A DNA stretch of 64,000 nucleotides from Methanobacteriota archaeon (GCA_963769885.1 CAVYNH010000006.1:192001-256000), one strand, 5' to 3'. Positions 9,825-19,796 are shown, counted from the first letter of the stretch. A program made the numbers and translations. Notes: generated by a model from the sequence alone, not told the origin.

Positions 9825-10186
9825 TGCCGCTTGGGAAGATCTATTCGGTCTACAGTGATCTGCGGACGCGGAAGGGCGCGCTGTTTTTCTTCGTCCTCGG
9901 CGGGATTCTCCTTATATTGACGGTGTTGCAGTTTGTGTTTCATGTGTTTTCCTCGTCGGAGGAGTTGGCTGGGATTCTGCTGGCGTTGACGATGCTGTTT
10001 CTGGGGGGCGGGGCGATCTTTTATTTCTTCTCCCGGATGTTCGGGAGGCTGGCGGAGATCGCGGCGGAGGTCGAGAGCGATGAGTCGCTGCGGGATGATG
10101 AAGATGAGACGGAGGAGCGCCAGGAGTTGCTGGCTCCCGAGTCGGAGCAGAAGCAGCCTGATCAGAAAACGTCAGAGTTAAAGTAA
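9824..10186 (+). CDS. Hypothetical membrane protein (2 TM, acidic tail)
   Basis: GTG start overlapping the pfdB stop; two hydrophobic segments. Confidence 0.65.
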   Translation: MPLGKIYSVYSDLRTRKGALFFFVLGGILLILTVLQFVFHVFSSSEELAGILLALTMLFLGGGAIFYFFSRMFGRLAEIAAEVESDESLRDDEDETEERQELLAPESEQKQPDQKTSELK

Positions 10187-10194
10187 GGCTTTTT

Positions 10195-11082
10195 TTAGGT
10201 GCCGAAGCGCCGTTTGCGGTTCTGGTAGGTGCGGATGGCTTCGAGGAAGTCGCGTTTCTGGAAGGCGGGCCAGTAGACGTCGGAGAAGTAGAGCTCGGAG
10301 TAGGCGAGCTGCCAGAGGAGGAAGTTGGAGACGCGTTCCTCTCCTGAGGTGCGGAGGATGAGGTCGGGGTCGGGGATGCCGGTGGTGTAGAGGTAGGAGC
10401 TGACGGTGTCCTGGCTGATGCGGGGGATGTCGAGTTTGCCGTCTTTGACGTCGGTGGCGATGAGCTTGATGGCGTTGATGATCTCCTCGCGGCCGCCGTA
10501 GGCGAGGGCGATGTTGAAGAGGTATTTGTCGTAGTGTTTGGTGAGGTCCATGATTTCCTGGGCGGCTTGTTGGAGTTCGGGGGGGAGGGCGTCGAGATGG
10601 CCGAGGATGCGGATGCGGATCTGGTATTGGTGGATGCGGGAGTCCTCCTTGGCTTTGGTGAGTTCTTCTTTGAAGAGGCGCATGAGGGTTTGGACTTCGT
10701 CGGTGCTGCGTTTGAAGTTCTCGGTGGAGAAGGCGTAGATGGTGAGGACTGGGATGTCGAGGAGGAAGCACCAGTCGAGGACGTCCTCGATTTTTTTGCT
10801 GCCGATGATGTGGCCGGCTTCGGCGGTGATGCCGACTTCTTGGGCGAAGCGTCGGTTGCCGTCCATGATGATGGCGACGTGGCGGGGGACGGGGTCTGCT
10901 TTGACGTCTCGGATGAGCTGGTCGTCTCTGAACTGATCGATTTTTTTGTGGAAGAACGTATAGAGGGAGGAGCGGTAGACGGCGGTGAGGATGCGTCGTC
11001 CGGTGGTGCTTTCGAGGGCGTAGCGTTCGAGGTCGTCGATTTTTTTTCCCGCTAGGGATTTCAGTGATGATCGTCTCGGTAT
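10195..11082 (-). CDS. uppS: Polyprenyl (undecaprenyl) diphosphate synthase; probable ATA start
   Basis: PRHVAIIMDGNRR, YAFSTENFKR, AYGGREEI, DPDLILRTSGEERVSNFLLWQ; the frame stays open upstream of the Met at 10866 to ATA at 11082. Confidence 0.9.
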   Translation of the reverse strand: MPRRSSLKSLAGKKIDDLERYALESTTGRRILTAVYRSSLYTFFHKKIDQFRDDQLIRDVKADPVPRHVAIIMDGNRRFAQEVGITAEAGHIIGSKKIEDVLDWCFLLDIPVLTIYAFSTENFKRSTDEVQTLMRLFKEELTKAKEDSRIHQYQIRIRILGHLDALPPELQQAAQEIMDLTKHYDKYLFNIALAYGGREEIINAIKLIATDVKDGKLDIPRISQDTVSSYLYTTGIPDPDLILRTSGEERVSNFLLWQLAYSELYFSDVYWPAFQKRDFLEAIRTYQNRKRRFGT

Positions 11083-11201
11083 GGTCTAAGCCCCCGGTAG
11101 TCTGATTTTCTTCCTGGTATAAATAGGTTCATGTGGCTTCTCTTGGAGGGAAAAGGCTGACGAGAGCCGGAAGCGGGTGTCGTCCAGCTTAAAGACCGGG
11201 G

Positions 11202-11864
11202 TCATTGTTCTGTGGCGCCGGTCTCGATGGCTTCGATGGTCTCCAGGATCTCCTGGCGGGTGGGGCCGTCGAGTCCTTTGACGAGGAGGATCTGGCGGAG
11301 GAGCGGGAGGGCGTCCTTGTTTTGTTGTTTGGTGAAGTTGTAGATGAAGTCTCCGAGGTTGAACCAGCCGTGGTATCGGGCTGGGCGTTGGAGGTAGTCG
11401 GTGACGATGCCTTTCATGTAGTCGTAGGGGACTTGTCCGGGGATGCCGGTGAGGGCGCCGACCATGTAGGAGTTGTATTCCTCGTTGTCGAACTGGTCTT
11501 TGAGGGCGTCGAGGAGGGGTTGGATGGCGGGGGTGCCGATGTCTTGGAGGGTGAACATGGCTTCTTCGCAGGCGAGGGTGTCGTCGGATTCGCGGCAGAG
11601 CATGCCGATGAGGGCGGGGATGGCCTGGGGGTCTTTGGTCTGGTGGAAGATGCGGAGGGCGTAGTAGCAGCTCCAGGTGAAGTCGTGGTCGAGGAGCGGG
11701 CTGAGGGCGGTGGTCGCAGCGGGGCCGAGGCGGGTGAGCGCGGTGACTGCGTCTTGGACGACGGGCCAGATCTCGGATTCTTCCTTGTCGAGGTAGTCGC
11801 CTGCGTCTACGTTTTTGAGAGCGGTGATGTAGCGGTTGATCTCCTCTGTTTGTTGGTCTTGCAT
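11202..11864 (-). CDS. HEAT/PBS-lyase repeat protein
   Basis: Repeats ALTRLGPAATTALSPLL, DPQAIPALI, LQDIGTPAIQPLLDAL. Confidence 0.7.
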   Translation of the reverse strand: MQDQQTEEINRYITALKNVDAGDYLDKEESEIWPVVQDAVTALTRLGPAATTALSPLLDHDFTWSCYYALRIFHQTKDPQAIPALIGMLCRESDDTLACEEAMFTLQDIGTPAIQPLLDALKDQFDNEEYNSYMVGALTGIPGQVPYDYMKGIVTDYLQRPARYHGWFNLGDFIYNFTKQQNKDALPLLRQILLVKGLDGPTRQEILETIEAIETGATEQ

Positions 11865-11915
11865 TAAGGTTTCTCCTCAGGTCGGTGAATAGGCGTGGTT
11901 TTACTTAAAACTTGT

Positions 11916-13082
11916 TCAGCCCGGCTGGGGGCGGCGTTCCTTGACCCAGAGGAGCATGATGGCGGAGGCGACGGTGAGGGCAAGGGAGAGGATGAAGGGG
12001 GTGATCGGTCCGACCGTGTCCCAGAGGATGCCGGCGGCGAGCGAGGCGGGGAGGGCGCAGACGCCGATGACGAGCTGGAAGGCACCGAGGCTGCTGGCGC
12101 GGTACTGGGCAGGGGCGATCTCGGAGACGAGGGTGCGTTGGACGGGTTCGATGGCGGCGCGGTGCAGGCCGTAGAGGACGAAGGTGAAGAGGATGGCCCA
12201 GTAGGTCTGTAGGAAGATGAAGATGAGGCAGAGGAGTCCCCAGAAGCCGTAGGAGAGGAGGAGGACGTTCTTGCGGCCGATTTTGTCGGCGAGTCTGCCG
12301 AAGGGGTAGGAGAAGAGGGCGGCGAAGACGGTGAAGATGAGGTAGAGGATGGGGACGGTGAGGATGGGGAAGCCGGCGCGGCTGGCGAAGATGAGGAGGA
12401 AGGAGTAGCTGAAGCTGGCGAGGGCGAAGAGGGCGCTGAGGATGAGGAAGAGTCTGAAGTTGCGGTCGATGTCTTTAAGGGTGAATCCTTTGAAGATCCG
12501 CTGTCCGGATGCCCGTTTTTCTTTGATGACAAAGAATACGAGAAGGATAGCGATGACGCTGGGGATGGCGGCGAGGAGGAAGATGCTGCGGTAGGTCCAG
12601 CCTAGGAAGCTGAGGAGGGCGAGGCAGAGGAGGATGCCGCCGACGGCGCCGAGGTTGTCCATCGCACGGAGGATGCCGAAGTGTTTGCCGCGGTTCTCGT
12701 CGGTGGAGGCGTCGGCGATCATGGCGTCCCTGGGTGCGCCGCGCATCTTGCCGGCGCGGTCGAGGATGCGGAAGGGGATGACTTGCGGCCAGGCGGTGGT
12801 GAGGGCGTAGCCGATGCGGGAGGCGGAGCCGAAGAGGTAGCCGGTCCAGACGAAGACTTTGCGTCGGTGGAGGCGGTCGGCGGCGTAGCCGCTGGCGGCC
12901 TGGGAGAGGCTGACGAGGGCGTCGCCGAGGCCGTCGATGAAGCCGAGGATCTCCATGTTGGCGCCCAGCGTGATGGTGAGGAAGAGGGGCCAGACGGGGT
13001 AGATCATGTCGGAGCCGAAGTCGTTGAGGAAGGAGGCGGCGGCGAAGGTTCGGACTGTTTTTTTGTCTTCCTGGTCTGGCAT
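11916..13082 (-). CDS. MFS transporter
   Basis: About 12 TM; GYAADRLHRRK and GRLADKIGRKN motif A. Confidence 0.92.
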   Translation of the reverse strand: MPDQEDKKTVRTFAAASFLNDFGSDMIYPVWPLFLTITLGANMEILGFIDGLGDALVSLSQAASGYAADRLHRRKVFVWTGYLFGSASRIGYALTTAWPQVIPFRILDRAGKMRGAPRDAMIADASTDENRGKHFGILRAMDNLGAVGGILLCLALLSFLGWTYRSIFLLAAIPSVIAILLVFFVIKEKRASGQRIFKGFTLKDIDRNFRLFLILSALFALASFSYSFLLIFASRAGFPILTVPILYLIFTVFAALFSYPFGRLADKIGRKNVLLLSYGFWGLLCLIFIFLQTYWAILFTFVLYGLHRAAIEPVQRTLVSEIAPAQYRASSLGAFQLVIGVCALPASLAAGILWDTVGPITPFILSLALTVASAIMLLWVKERRPQPG

Positions 13083-13200
13083 GGGTCCGGGTTCGGAATC
13101 CTGGTCTTTTCATTTAAACGTATCCAGGGGGTTCGACGGCTTTCTTTCGGAATCGAATTTATATAAGGCTTTGTCGTATATTTTCTTTGGATTGGTTTGG

Positions 13201-14802
13201 ATGGTTTCGGGTCGTGGTTGCGTTGGGCGCGGGGGTTTTGCGGTTTTTCTTGTGTTGTTGATGGTGTTTCCGATGGTTTCTTGGGCTGGGTCGGAGACAG
13301 TGGTGGAGAAGGATGGTGGTCTTTTGGATTCTGCATGGCCGATGTTCCACCACGATCTCAAACACACCGGACGAAGCCCGTATGCCCCGGCAATAAGCAA
13401 TTGGTATGTGGTAAAATGGAAATTTAAAATGTACGGATACACGACCAGTTCTTCACCAGCAATAGACAAAAATGGAACCATTTATGTCGGCTCGTTTAGA
13501 GACGGACTTTTCGCTTTATATCCAAATGGGACGCCGAAATGGCAGGCCGACATCGGACAGGTTTTATCTTCCCCAGCCATTGGAGACGACGGAACCATTT
13601 ACGTCGGCAACGATGGTGGCCGACTTTACGCCTTTAACCCCAACGGCACAATACGATGGGATATCCTCTTAGGAGCCGGATGGGCCTATTCCTCTCCCGC
13701 TATCGGTTTAAACGGCATCATCTATACCGCCACCACAGACGAATACTCATTATTTGCGATCTACCCGAATGGCACCATCAAATGGAGATTTCAAGTCGCC
13801 ACTGGTCCTATCTATTCCTCCCCGGCGATAGCAGACGACGGCACCATCTACATCGGCTCCAACGATGACTACCTCTATGCCGTAAACCCCAACGGAACGC
13901 TTAAATGGAAATTTAAAGCCACTTGGTGTATACAAAACCCGCCGAGCATCGATGACAACTGCAACATCTACTTCGGCTCCTGGGACGGATACCTCTACAG
14001 CCTCAGACCCAATGGTACTCTTAGATGGAAGTATTGGATAGGCTCAAATGAAGCGTCCCCTGCCATCGCCGCTGACGGCACAATCATCACCGGGTCGGCT
14101 GACATCTTCGCGTTTTCCCCGAACGGCTCCCTGAAATGGAGATTCCAAGGAGTCGGCGGAGACATCCTGGGTTCACCAGTCATCGACGCCAACGGGATTA
14201 TCTATGCCCCCTCTGGCCATAACGACTTCTTCGCCATTAACCCGAACGGGACTCTCCGCTGGCGGTTCGTCATAGCAAATTGCGGCATCCAATCCACCCC
14301 TGCCATTGCACAAGATGGCACCATATACATAACCGGTGGTTTTGAAGCATCTGGAGCTAACCCAGATTATTCATACCTCTACGCCTTGGGATGCATCAAT
14401 GATACCCAGCCCAGCACGCCAACCATCACTGGAACCGAGAACGGCCACGTCCGCCGGACCTACGACTACACCATCACCGCCATCGACCCGGACAACGACA
14501 CCCTCCAGTATTACATCGACTGGGGCGACGGAACCTTCACGAATTGGACCACCCCAACACCCTCCGGACATTCTATTACGCAATCTCACACCTGGAAAAA
14601 ACGCGGAACCTACACCGTCAAAGCCAAAGCCCGGGACCAATACCTCTGGGAGACCGACTGGGCCACCCTCACCGTCAAAATGCCCTACGAACCACCACGA
14701 TTCCCCATCCTCCACTGGCTCCTCGACCGCTTCCCCAACGCCTTCCCATTCCTCCGACATCTCCTCCAGAACCTACCACAATATAACAATCCCTACAGTT
14801 AA
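13201..14802 (+). CDS. Secreted PQQ-like beta-propeller repeat protein with PKD domain and amphipathic C-terminal tail
   Basis: Signal peptide; repeats SSPAI..DGTIYVGS..LYA.NPNGTLKW; YYIDWGDG..SHTW..GTYTVKAKARD. Confidence 0.85.
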   Translation: MVSGRGCVGRGGFAVFLVLLMVFPMVSWAGSETVVEKDGGLLDSAWPMFHHDLKHTGRSPYAPAISNWYVVKWKFKMYGYTTSSSPAIDKNGTIYVGSFRDGLFALYPNGTPKWQADIGQVLSSPAIGDDGTIYVGNDGGRLYAFNPNGTIRWDILLGAGWAYSSPAIGLNGIIYTATTDEYSLFAIYPNGTIKWRFQVATGPIYSSPAIADDGTIYIGSNDDYLYAVNPNGTLKWKFKATWCIQNPPSIDDNCNIYFGSWDGYLYSLRPNGTLRWKYWIGSNEASPAIAADGTIITGSADIFAFSPNGSLKWRFQGVGGDILGSPVIDANGIIYAPSGHNDFFAINPNGTLRWRFVIANCGIQSTPAIAQDGTIYITGGFEASGANPDYSYLYALGCINDTQPSTPTITGTENGHVRRTYDYTITAIDPDNDTLQYYIDWGDGTFTNWTTPTPSGHSITQSHTWKKRGTYTVKAKARDQYLWETDWATLTVKMPYEPPRFPILHWLLDRFPNAFPFLRHLLQNLPQYNNPYS

Positions 14803-14888
14803 AAAGCGGTTTAACACAAAACTCCTTTTAAAAACACCATACAATTAAATACTGAAATCCTTATTAAGAACTAAGGGGGAAATGAATA

Positions 14889-15587
14889 ATGACAGCACAT
14901 CATTCACTCATGAAGCTGCTCGCCCTCGCTGGGGCCACCATCCTCGCCTTCTCCAGCCTAAGCCTCACCTGCGCCAACGCCTCACCAACCGACAACAGCC
15001 CACCGTACGCCCCGACCATCACCGGCCCGTCCTTCGCGATGCCGGGCAAGCCCGTCCCCGTCACCTTCTGCGCTGTCGACCCGGACAACGACACCCTCAT
15101 GATCTACGTCGAATGGGGCGGAGAAAACAACTCAGACTTCTCAGATTGGTACCCCGCCCCCTCCGGCGTCCCCATCACCGTCAACCACACCTGGAACTAC
15201 ACCGGCGTCTTCACGACTAGGGCAAAAGCCAAAGACCCCTACGGCGCCCAAAGCCCCTGGTCCAAACCCTACAACATCACCATCCTCCCCGTTGAAATCA
15301 ACATCTCGTTCCTCGGCCGCTTCACCGTCACCGTCAAGAACATCGGCACCCAGAACATCACGAACCTGACCACCGCCATCACCTTCGACGGCGGCATCCT
15401 TCACCGCCACCATACGCGTAGCGCAACGAGTCAGATTCTATTACCCGGAGAAACCCAGACTGTATCCATGCTGCTCTTCGGCTGGGGCTCCTTCATGCTC
15501 ACCGTCTCAGTTAAAGCCAACGAATTCAACGAGGTCACATTCACAGTCACTGGTAAAATCTTCTTCTTCTTTATCATAATCCCCTGA
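14889..15587 (+). CDS. Secreted PKD-domain protein with C-terminal Ig-like module
   Basis: Signal peptide; NSPPYAPTITGP..DPDND..NHTW..AKAKDPYGAQSPWS. Confidence 0.75.
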   Translation: MTAHHSLMKLLALAGATILAFSSLSLTCANASPTDNSPPYAPTITGPSFAMPGKPVPVTFCAVDPDNDTLMIYVEWGGENNSDFSDWYPAPSGVPITVNHTWNYTGVFTTRAKAKDPYGAQSPWSKPYNITILPVEINISFLGRFTVTVKNIGTQNITNLTTAITFDGGILHRHHTRSATSQILLPGETQTVSMLLFGWGSFMLTVSVKANEFNEVTFTVTGKIFFFFIIIP

Positions 15588-15661
15588 CCACTCGGCATTC
15601 GATAAGGAGGAACGAAACACCTTATAAGGGAGACCATGATTCCAGGAGCCGGGTAGCAACT

Positions 15662-16381
15662 ATGACCACCACCGTCGAGGTCACCAACCTCGTCAAAAAC
15701 TACGGAGCCTTCCAAGCCCTCAAAGGCATCACCTTCAAAATCGACGAAGGCGAAATCTTCGGCCTCATCGGCCCCAACGGCGCAGGCAAAACCACCGCCC
15801 TGCGCGTCCTCGCCACCCTCCTCACCCTCAACGGCGGCACCGCCACCATCCTCGGCCACGACCTCGTCAAAGACGCAGCCGAAATCCGCAAACACATCAG
15901 CTACCTCCCCGAGGACGCGGGCGCATACAAGACCCTCACCGGACGCGCCTACCTCCAGTTCATCGCCAACTTCTTCGAAGCCCACCACGCCAGAGACATG
16001 GTCACCCGCGGCATCGAGATCGCGGACCTCGGCGCCCGCATCGACGACCGCGTCGACACCTACAGCAAAGGCATGATGCGCCGCCTCCTCGTCGGCCGCG
16101 CCCTCATGACCAACCCCAAACTCGCGATCCTCGACGAGCCCACCACCGGCCTCGACGTCCTCAACGCCCAAGAAATCCGCAAACTCATCAAAACCACGGC
16201 AGAACACGGCACCACCGTCCTCCTATCATCCCACAACATGCTCGAAGTCGAATACCTCTGCGACCGCATCGCCCTCATCGCAGACGGCAAAATCATCGAA
16301 GAAGGCAACCCCACCGGCCTCATGAAAAAACACAACGCCAGAAACATCGAAGAAGTCTTCACCAAGGTGGTGCACCAATGA
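15662..16381 (+). CDS. ABC transporter ATP-binding protein (NatA-like)
   Basis: GPNGAGKTT, YSKGM, ILDEPT, SSH. Confidence 0.92.
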   Translation: MTTTVEVTNLVKNYGAFQALKGITFKIDEGEIFGLIGPNGAGKTTALRVLATLLTLNGGTATILGHDLVKDAAEIRKHISYLPEDAGAYKTLTGRAYLQFIANFFEAHHARDMVTRGIEIADLGARIDDRVDTYSKGMMRRLLVGRALMTNPKLAILDEPTTGLDVLNAQEIRKLIKTTAEHGTTVLLSSHNMLEVEYLCDRIALIADGKIIEEGNPTGLMKKHNARNIEEVFTKVVHQ

Positions 16382-17664
16382 GCGGACTGACCAACATCCT
16401 CAAAAAAGAAATCAGAGAACTCCTCACCATCCAGACCTTCCTCCCAATCATCCTCATCGCCCTCATCTTCGGCAGCATGGGCAACAGCATCCAAGGAATC
16501 ACAGAACAGGCAAAGACACCACCCATCATCGGCCTCATCAACGAAGACACCGGCAGCCTCGGCAACATCACAGCCAGCGTCCTCCACTCCGCAGCCAAAG
16601 TCGTCTACAACGGCACCACCGACGCCGACAAACCAGCCGGACTCGCCACCATACAACAGAAAAACGGGGCAGCCCTCATCGTCATCCCCAGCAACTTCAC
16701 CGCCGACATCCAAGCCAACAAACCCGGCAGCCTCCAGGTCTACTGGATCATGAAAGGCGCCGGCCTCTTCGACACCATCCCCAGCACTAGCGTCGACTAC
16801 ATCATCACCGCCGCCAACACCCAAATCTCCAAAACCCTCATCACCACCAACCAAAGCATCAACGCCACCGTCGTCCTCACCCCCACCACCCGCATCGAAA
16901 CCACCTACTTCAAGAACCGCGAATTCACCGGACTCTCCCCCAACGCCATCACCAGCATCCTGTCCTCACAATCCATGCTCATCCCCATCGTCATGATGAT
17001 GATCATCATCATGGCCGGCAGCCTCGTCATCACCAGCATGGCCTTCGAAAAAGAAAACAAGACCCTCGAAACCCTCCTCACCCTCCCCGTCAAACGCACC
17101 AGCATCGTCACCGGCAAGATCGCGGCCGCCGCCTTCATCGGCCTCATCCTCGCCATCATCTACATGGTAGGCATGAACTACTATTTCGCCGGCTTTCAAT
17201 CTATAGGCGGCACCAGCATCAGCAGCTACGGCCTCACCCCCACCACCCAAGACTACCTCGTCATCGGCGTCTCCCTCTTCATCACCCTCATCGCCGGCCT
17301 CGCCCTCTGCATGCTCCTCGGCTCCTTCGCCAAGAACTACAAGAGCGCCCAGACCCTCACCTTCCCCATCACCATGCTCGCCCTCGTCCCCATGTTCCTC
17401 ACCATGTTCTTCGACTTCGACACCCTTCCCCCAGCGCTGCAGGTCCTCACCTTCGCGATCCCCTTCAGCCACCCCATGATGGCCCCCCGCCTCCTCATGT
17501 TCCACGACTACACCCTCGTCGCCGCCGGCCTCCTCTACGTCACCGTCTTCGCCGTCGTCACCATCAGCATCGTCGTCTGGGTCTTCAAAACCGACCGACT
17601 CCTCACCGGCAGCACCAGCAAATGGGCCAAAGCACTCAAACTCAGACGAAGACGACCCTCCTAA
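16378..17664 (+). CDS. ABC-2 permease (NatB-like)
   Basis: EKENKTLETLLTLPVKR..GK motif; multiple TM; overlaps the ATPase stop. Confidence 0.88.
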   Translation: MSGLTNILKKEIRELLTIQTFLPIILIALIFGSMGNSIQGITEQAKTPPIIGLINEDTGSLGNITASVLHSAAKVVYNGTTDADKPAGLATIQQKNGAALIVIPSNFTADIQANKPGSLQVYWIMKGAGLFDTIPSTSVDYIITAANTQISKTLITTNQSINATVVLTPTTRIETTYFKNREFTGLSPNAITSILSSQSMLIPIVMMMIIIMAGSLVITSMAFEKENKTLETLLTLPVKRTSIVTGKIAAAAFIGLILAIIYMVGMNYYFAGFQSIGGTSISSYGLTPTTQDYLVIGVSLFITLIAGLALCMLLGSFAKNYKSAQTLTFPITMLALVPMFLTMFFDFDTLPPALQVLTFAIPFSHPMMAPRLLMFHDYTLVAAGLLYVTVFAVVTISIVVWVFKTDRLLTGSTSKWAKALKLRRRRPS

Positions 17665-17754
17665 AAAAACCCACCCGACCCCTGCCCTCTCCCGTCATCT
17701 AACACAAATATATTAATAGCCACGCCTCTATTATAATCCAAGGGGGACACGACA

Positions 17755-19650
17755 GTGAACCACCACAACCACCACGAGCACTCTCGCATCTGGAAATACC
17801 TACTCTCCTGGAAAGGCCTCGGCTTCCACCTCGCCGGCATCGCCGCAATCCTGTGGTTCCTCCTGCGCAGCGGCACCAACCCAAAACGCCTCACCTACCC
17901 CTGCCAACAAGCCAGCCTCACCATCGCCACCGGCTACATCACCTTCTGGAGCTGCCTCCTCGCCGGCCTCCTCATCTGGATCAAAACCGCCCGCACCCGC
18001 ACCACCAAAACCATCCCCACCATCATCGCCGCCTGCCTCATGGCCTCCACCGTCACCACCGCCGTCCTCGCCACCCTCCCCACCATCACAAACCCCGTCG
18101 ACACCGGATCCTGGACCCCAATCCCAAAACAACCCATCGGCACCCCCGCCGGCATCAACCCCGGCCGCGTCGCCTGGGTCTGGGACCCCAACGCCACCCC
18201 CCAAAACCTCACCGGCTACTGGTGGGAACAACAAAACAACAACCAAACCGTCCTCGACACCATGTTCACCCAAGGCGTCTGCAAAGTCACCGGCGCACCA
18301 AACGCCACCGCCGCCTGGGACGCCCTCTTCCACGACTTCAACCAACGACACGGCAACGGCAACATCGGCTACCAACCAGGCGAAAAAATCGCCATCAAAA
18401 TCAACCTCAACAACGCCTGGGCGTCCACCGACCCCTACACCCACGAAGACAACGACCGCGACGCCAGCCCCTACGTCGTCAAAGCACTCCTCAGACAACT
18501 CGTCAACACCGTTGGCGTCAACCAAGACGACATCACCGTCTTCGACGCCTCACGACCCATGCCTAACTGCTTCTACAACCGCGTCATCTACCAACAATAC
18601 CCTGCAGACCCCCTCATCGAAGAATTCAACGCCGTCCACTTCGTCGACTCCACCGGCGGCGCCACCGGACGAGAAAAGGCGCAAGCCAGCACCACCACCG
18701 TCTACATCTTCAACGGCACCGGACTCCCGCGGACACTGCCCACCCAAGCCGCCGATACCAAATACCTCTTCGACATGCCCCTCCTCAAGCGCCACCCCAT
18801 CAACATGGGCGTCACCCTCTCCGGCAAAAACCTCTATGGCTCCTTCATCGAACCCGTCAGCGACATCCACCCAGACCACTACAACTCCCTGATCATGGGC
18901 AACCCCGCCCCCGCCACCGCCCTCCTCGCAGACGAGGACCTCGGCCAAAAAATGCTTCTCTTCATCGGCGACGGCATCTTCGCCACCAAAGTCGACCACG
19001 CCACCATCGCCAAATTCCTGATGTACCCCTTCAACAACGACTGGACCAACAGCCTCTTCTTCTCCCAAGACCCCATCGCGATGGATTCTGTGATGTATGA
19101 TTTCCTGTTCACCGAGGGCACCAACCCCTGCGAAGGCTCACAGAACTACCTTCACCAGGCAGCCCTGCCCCCCGCCAACCTCTACGACCCGGAGAACGAC
19201 GGCGTCTACCTCAACCACAGCATCGGCGTCCATGAGCATTGGGACACCAACGTCAGCATCTTCTCCCCGGACCGCTACAGCGGCCCCACAGGAGGAGGCA
19301 TCGACTTCCAGCCAATCAACGACGGAGCCCCCCAGCCCTCCGTCGTCATCACCCGACCCCAGGAGAACCACGCCTACTTCTTCGGCAAAGAGAAGACGCC
19401 CTTCCCATTCACCTTCATCCTCGGGAAGTACACCGTAGAAGCACAGATGAACGGCAACTACACGTCAGTGGAGAAAATCGAGTTCTACGTCGACGGCACA
19501 CTCCGCAGTACCGATACAGTAGCACCCTATACCTGGCTCTGGAGTTCCCTATCTCTACGCCGCCATACCCTTCAAGTGATCGCGTCCTACACCGTTGAGG
19601 GAAACCCCTACAATTCCACGGCCGCCTTACGGGTATGGAAGCTGCTCTAA
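17755..19650 (+). CDS. DUF362-domain exported protein with C-terminal Ig-like (Big) domain
   Basis: WFLLR..YPCQ N-terminal motif plus TM; GEKIAIKINLN, LKRH..GVTLSGKN, SQDPIAMDSV; EFYVDG..APYTWLW. Confidence 0.75.
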   Translation: MNHHNHHEHSRIWKYLLSWKGLGFHLAGIAAILWFLLRSGTNPKRLTYPCQQASLTIATGYITFWSCLLAGLLIWIKTARTRTTKTIPTIIAACLMASTVTTAVLATLPTITNPVDTGSWTPIPKQPIGTPAGINPGRVAWVWDPNATPQNLTGYWWEQQNNNQTVLDTMFTQGVCKVTGAPNATAAWDALFHDFNQRHGNGNIGYQPGEKIAIKINLNNAWASTDPYTHEDNDRDASPYVVKALLRQLVNTVGVNQDDITVFDASRPMPNCFYNRVIYQQYPADPLIEEFNAVHFVDSTGGATGREKAQASTTTVYIFNGTGLPRTLPTQAADTKYLFDMPLLKRHPINMGVTLSGKNLYGSFIEPVSDIHPDHYNSLIMGNPAPATALLADEDLGQKMLLFIGDGIFATKVDHATIAKFLMYPFNNDWTNSLFFSQDPIAMDSVMYDFLFTEGTNPCEGSQNYLHQAALPPANLYDPENDGVYLNHSIGVHEHWDTNVSIFSPDRYSGPTGGGIDFQPINDGAPQPSVVITRPQENHAYFFGKEKTPFPFTFILGKYTVEAQMNGNYTSVEKIEFYVDGTLRSTDTVAPYTWLWSSLSLRRHTLQVIASYTVEGNPYNSTAALRVWKLL

Positions 19651-19721
19651 GACACGTTTCCTTCGTTATATCCTTCAAAACTGTTCTCCAGAAGACAATA
19701 TTTTTTCCGAATGAAGAGGAG

Positions 19722-19796
<75 letters not shown>

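Noticed and set aside
13201-14802. Diversity-generating retroelement target/template pair with 61765..63357
   Set aside because: Differences are not adenine-specific, both copies are intact genes, and there is no reverse transcriptase in the window.
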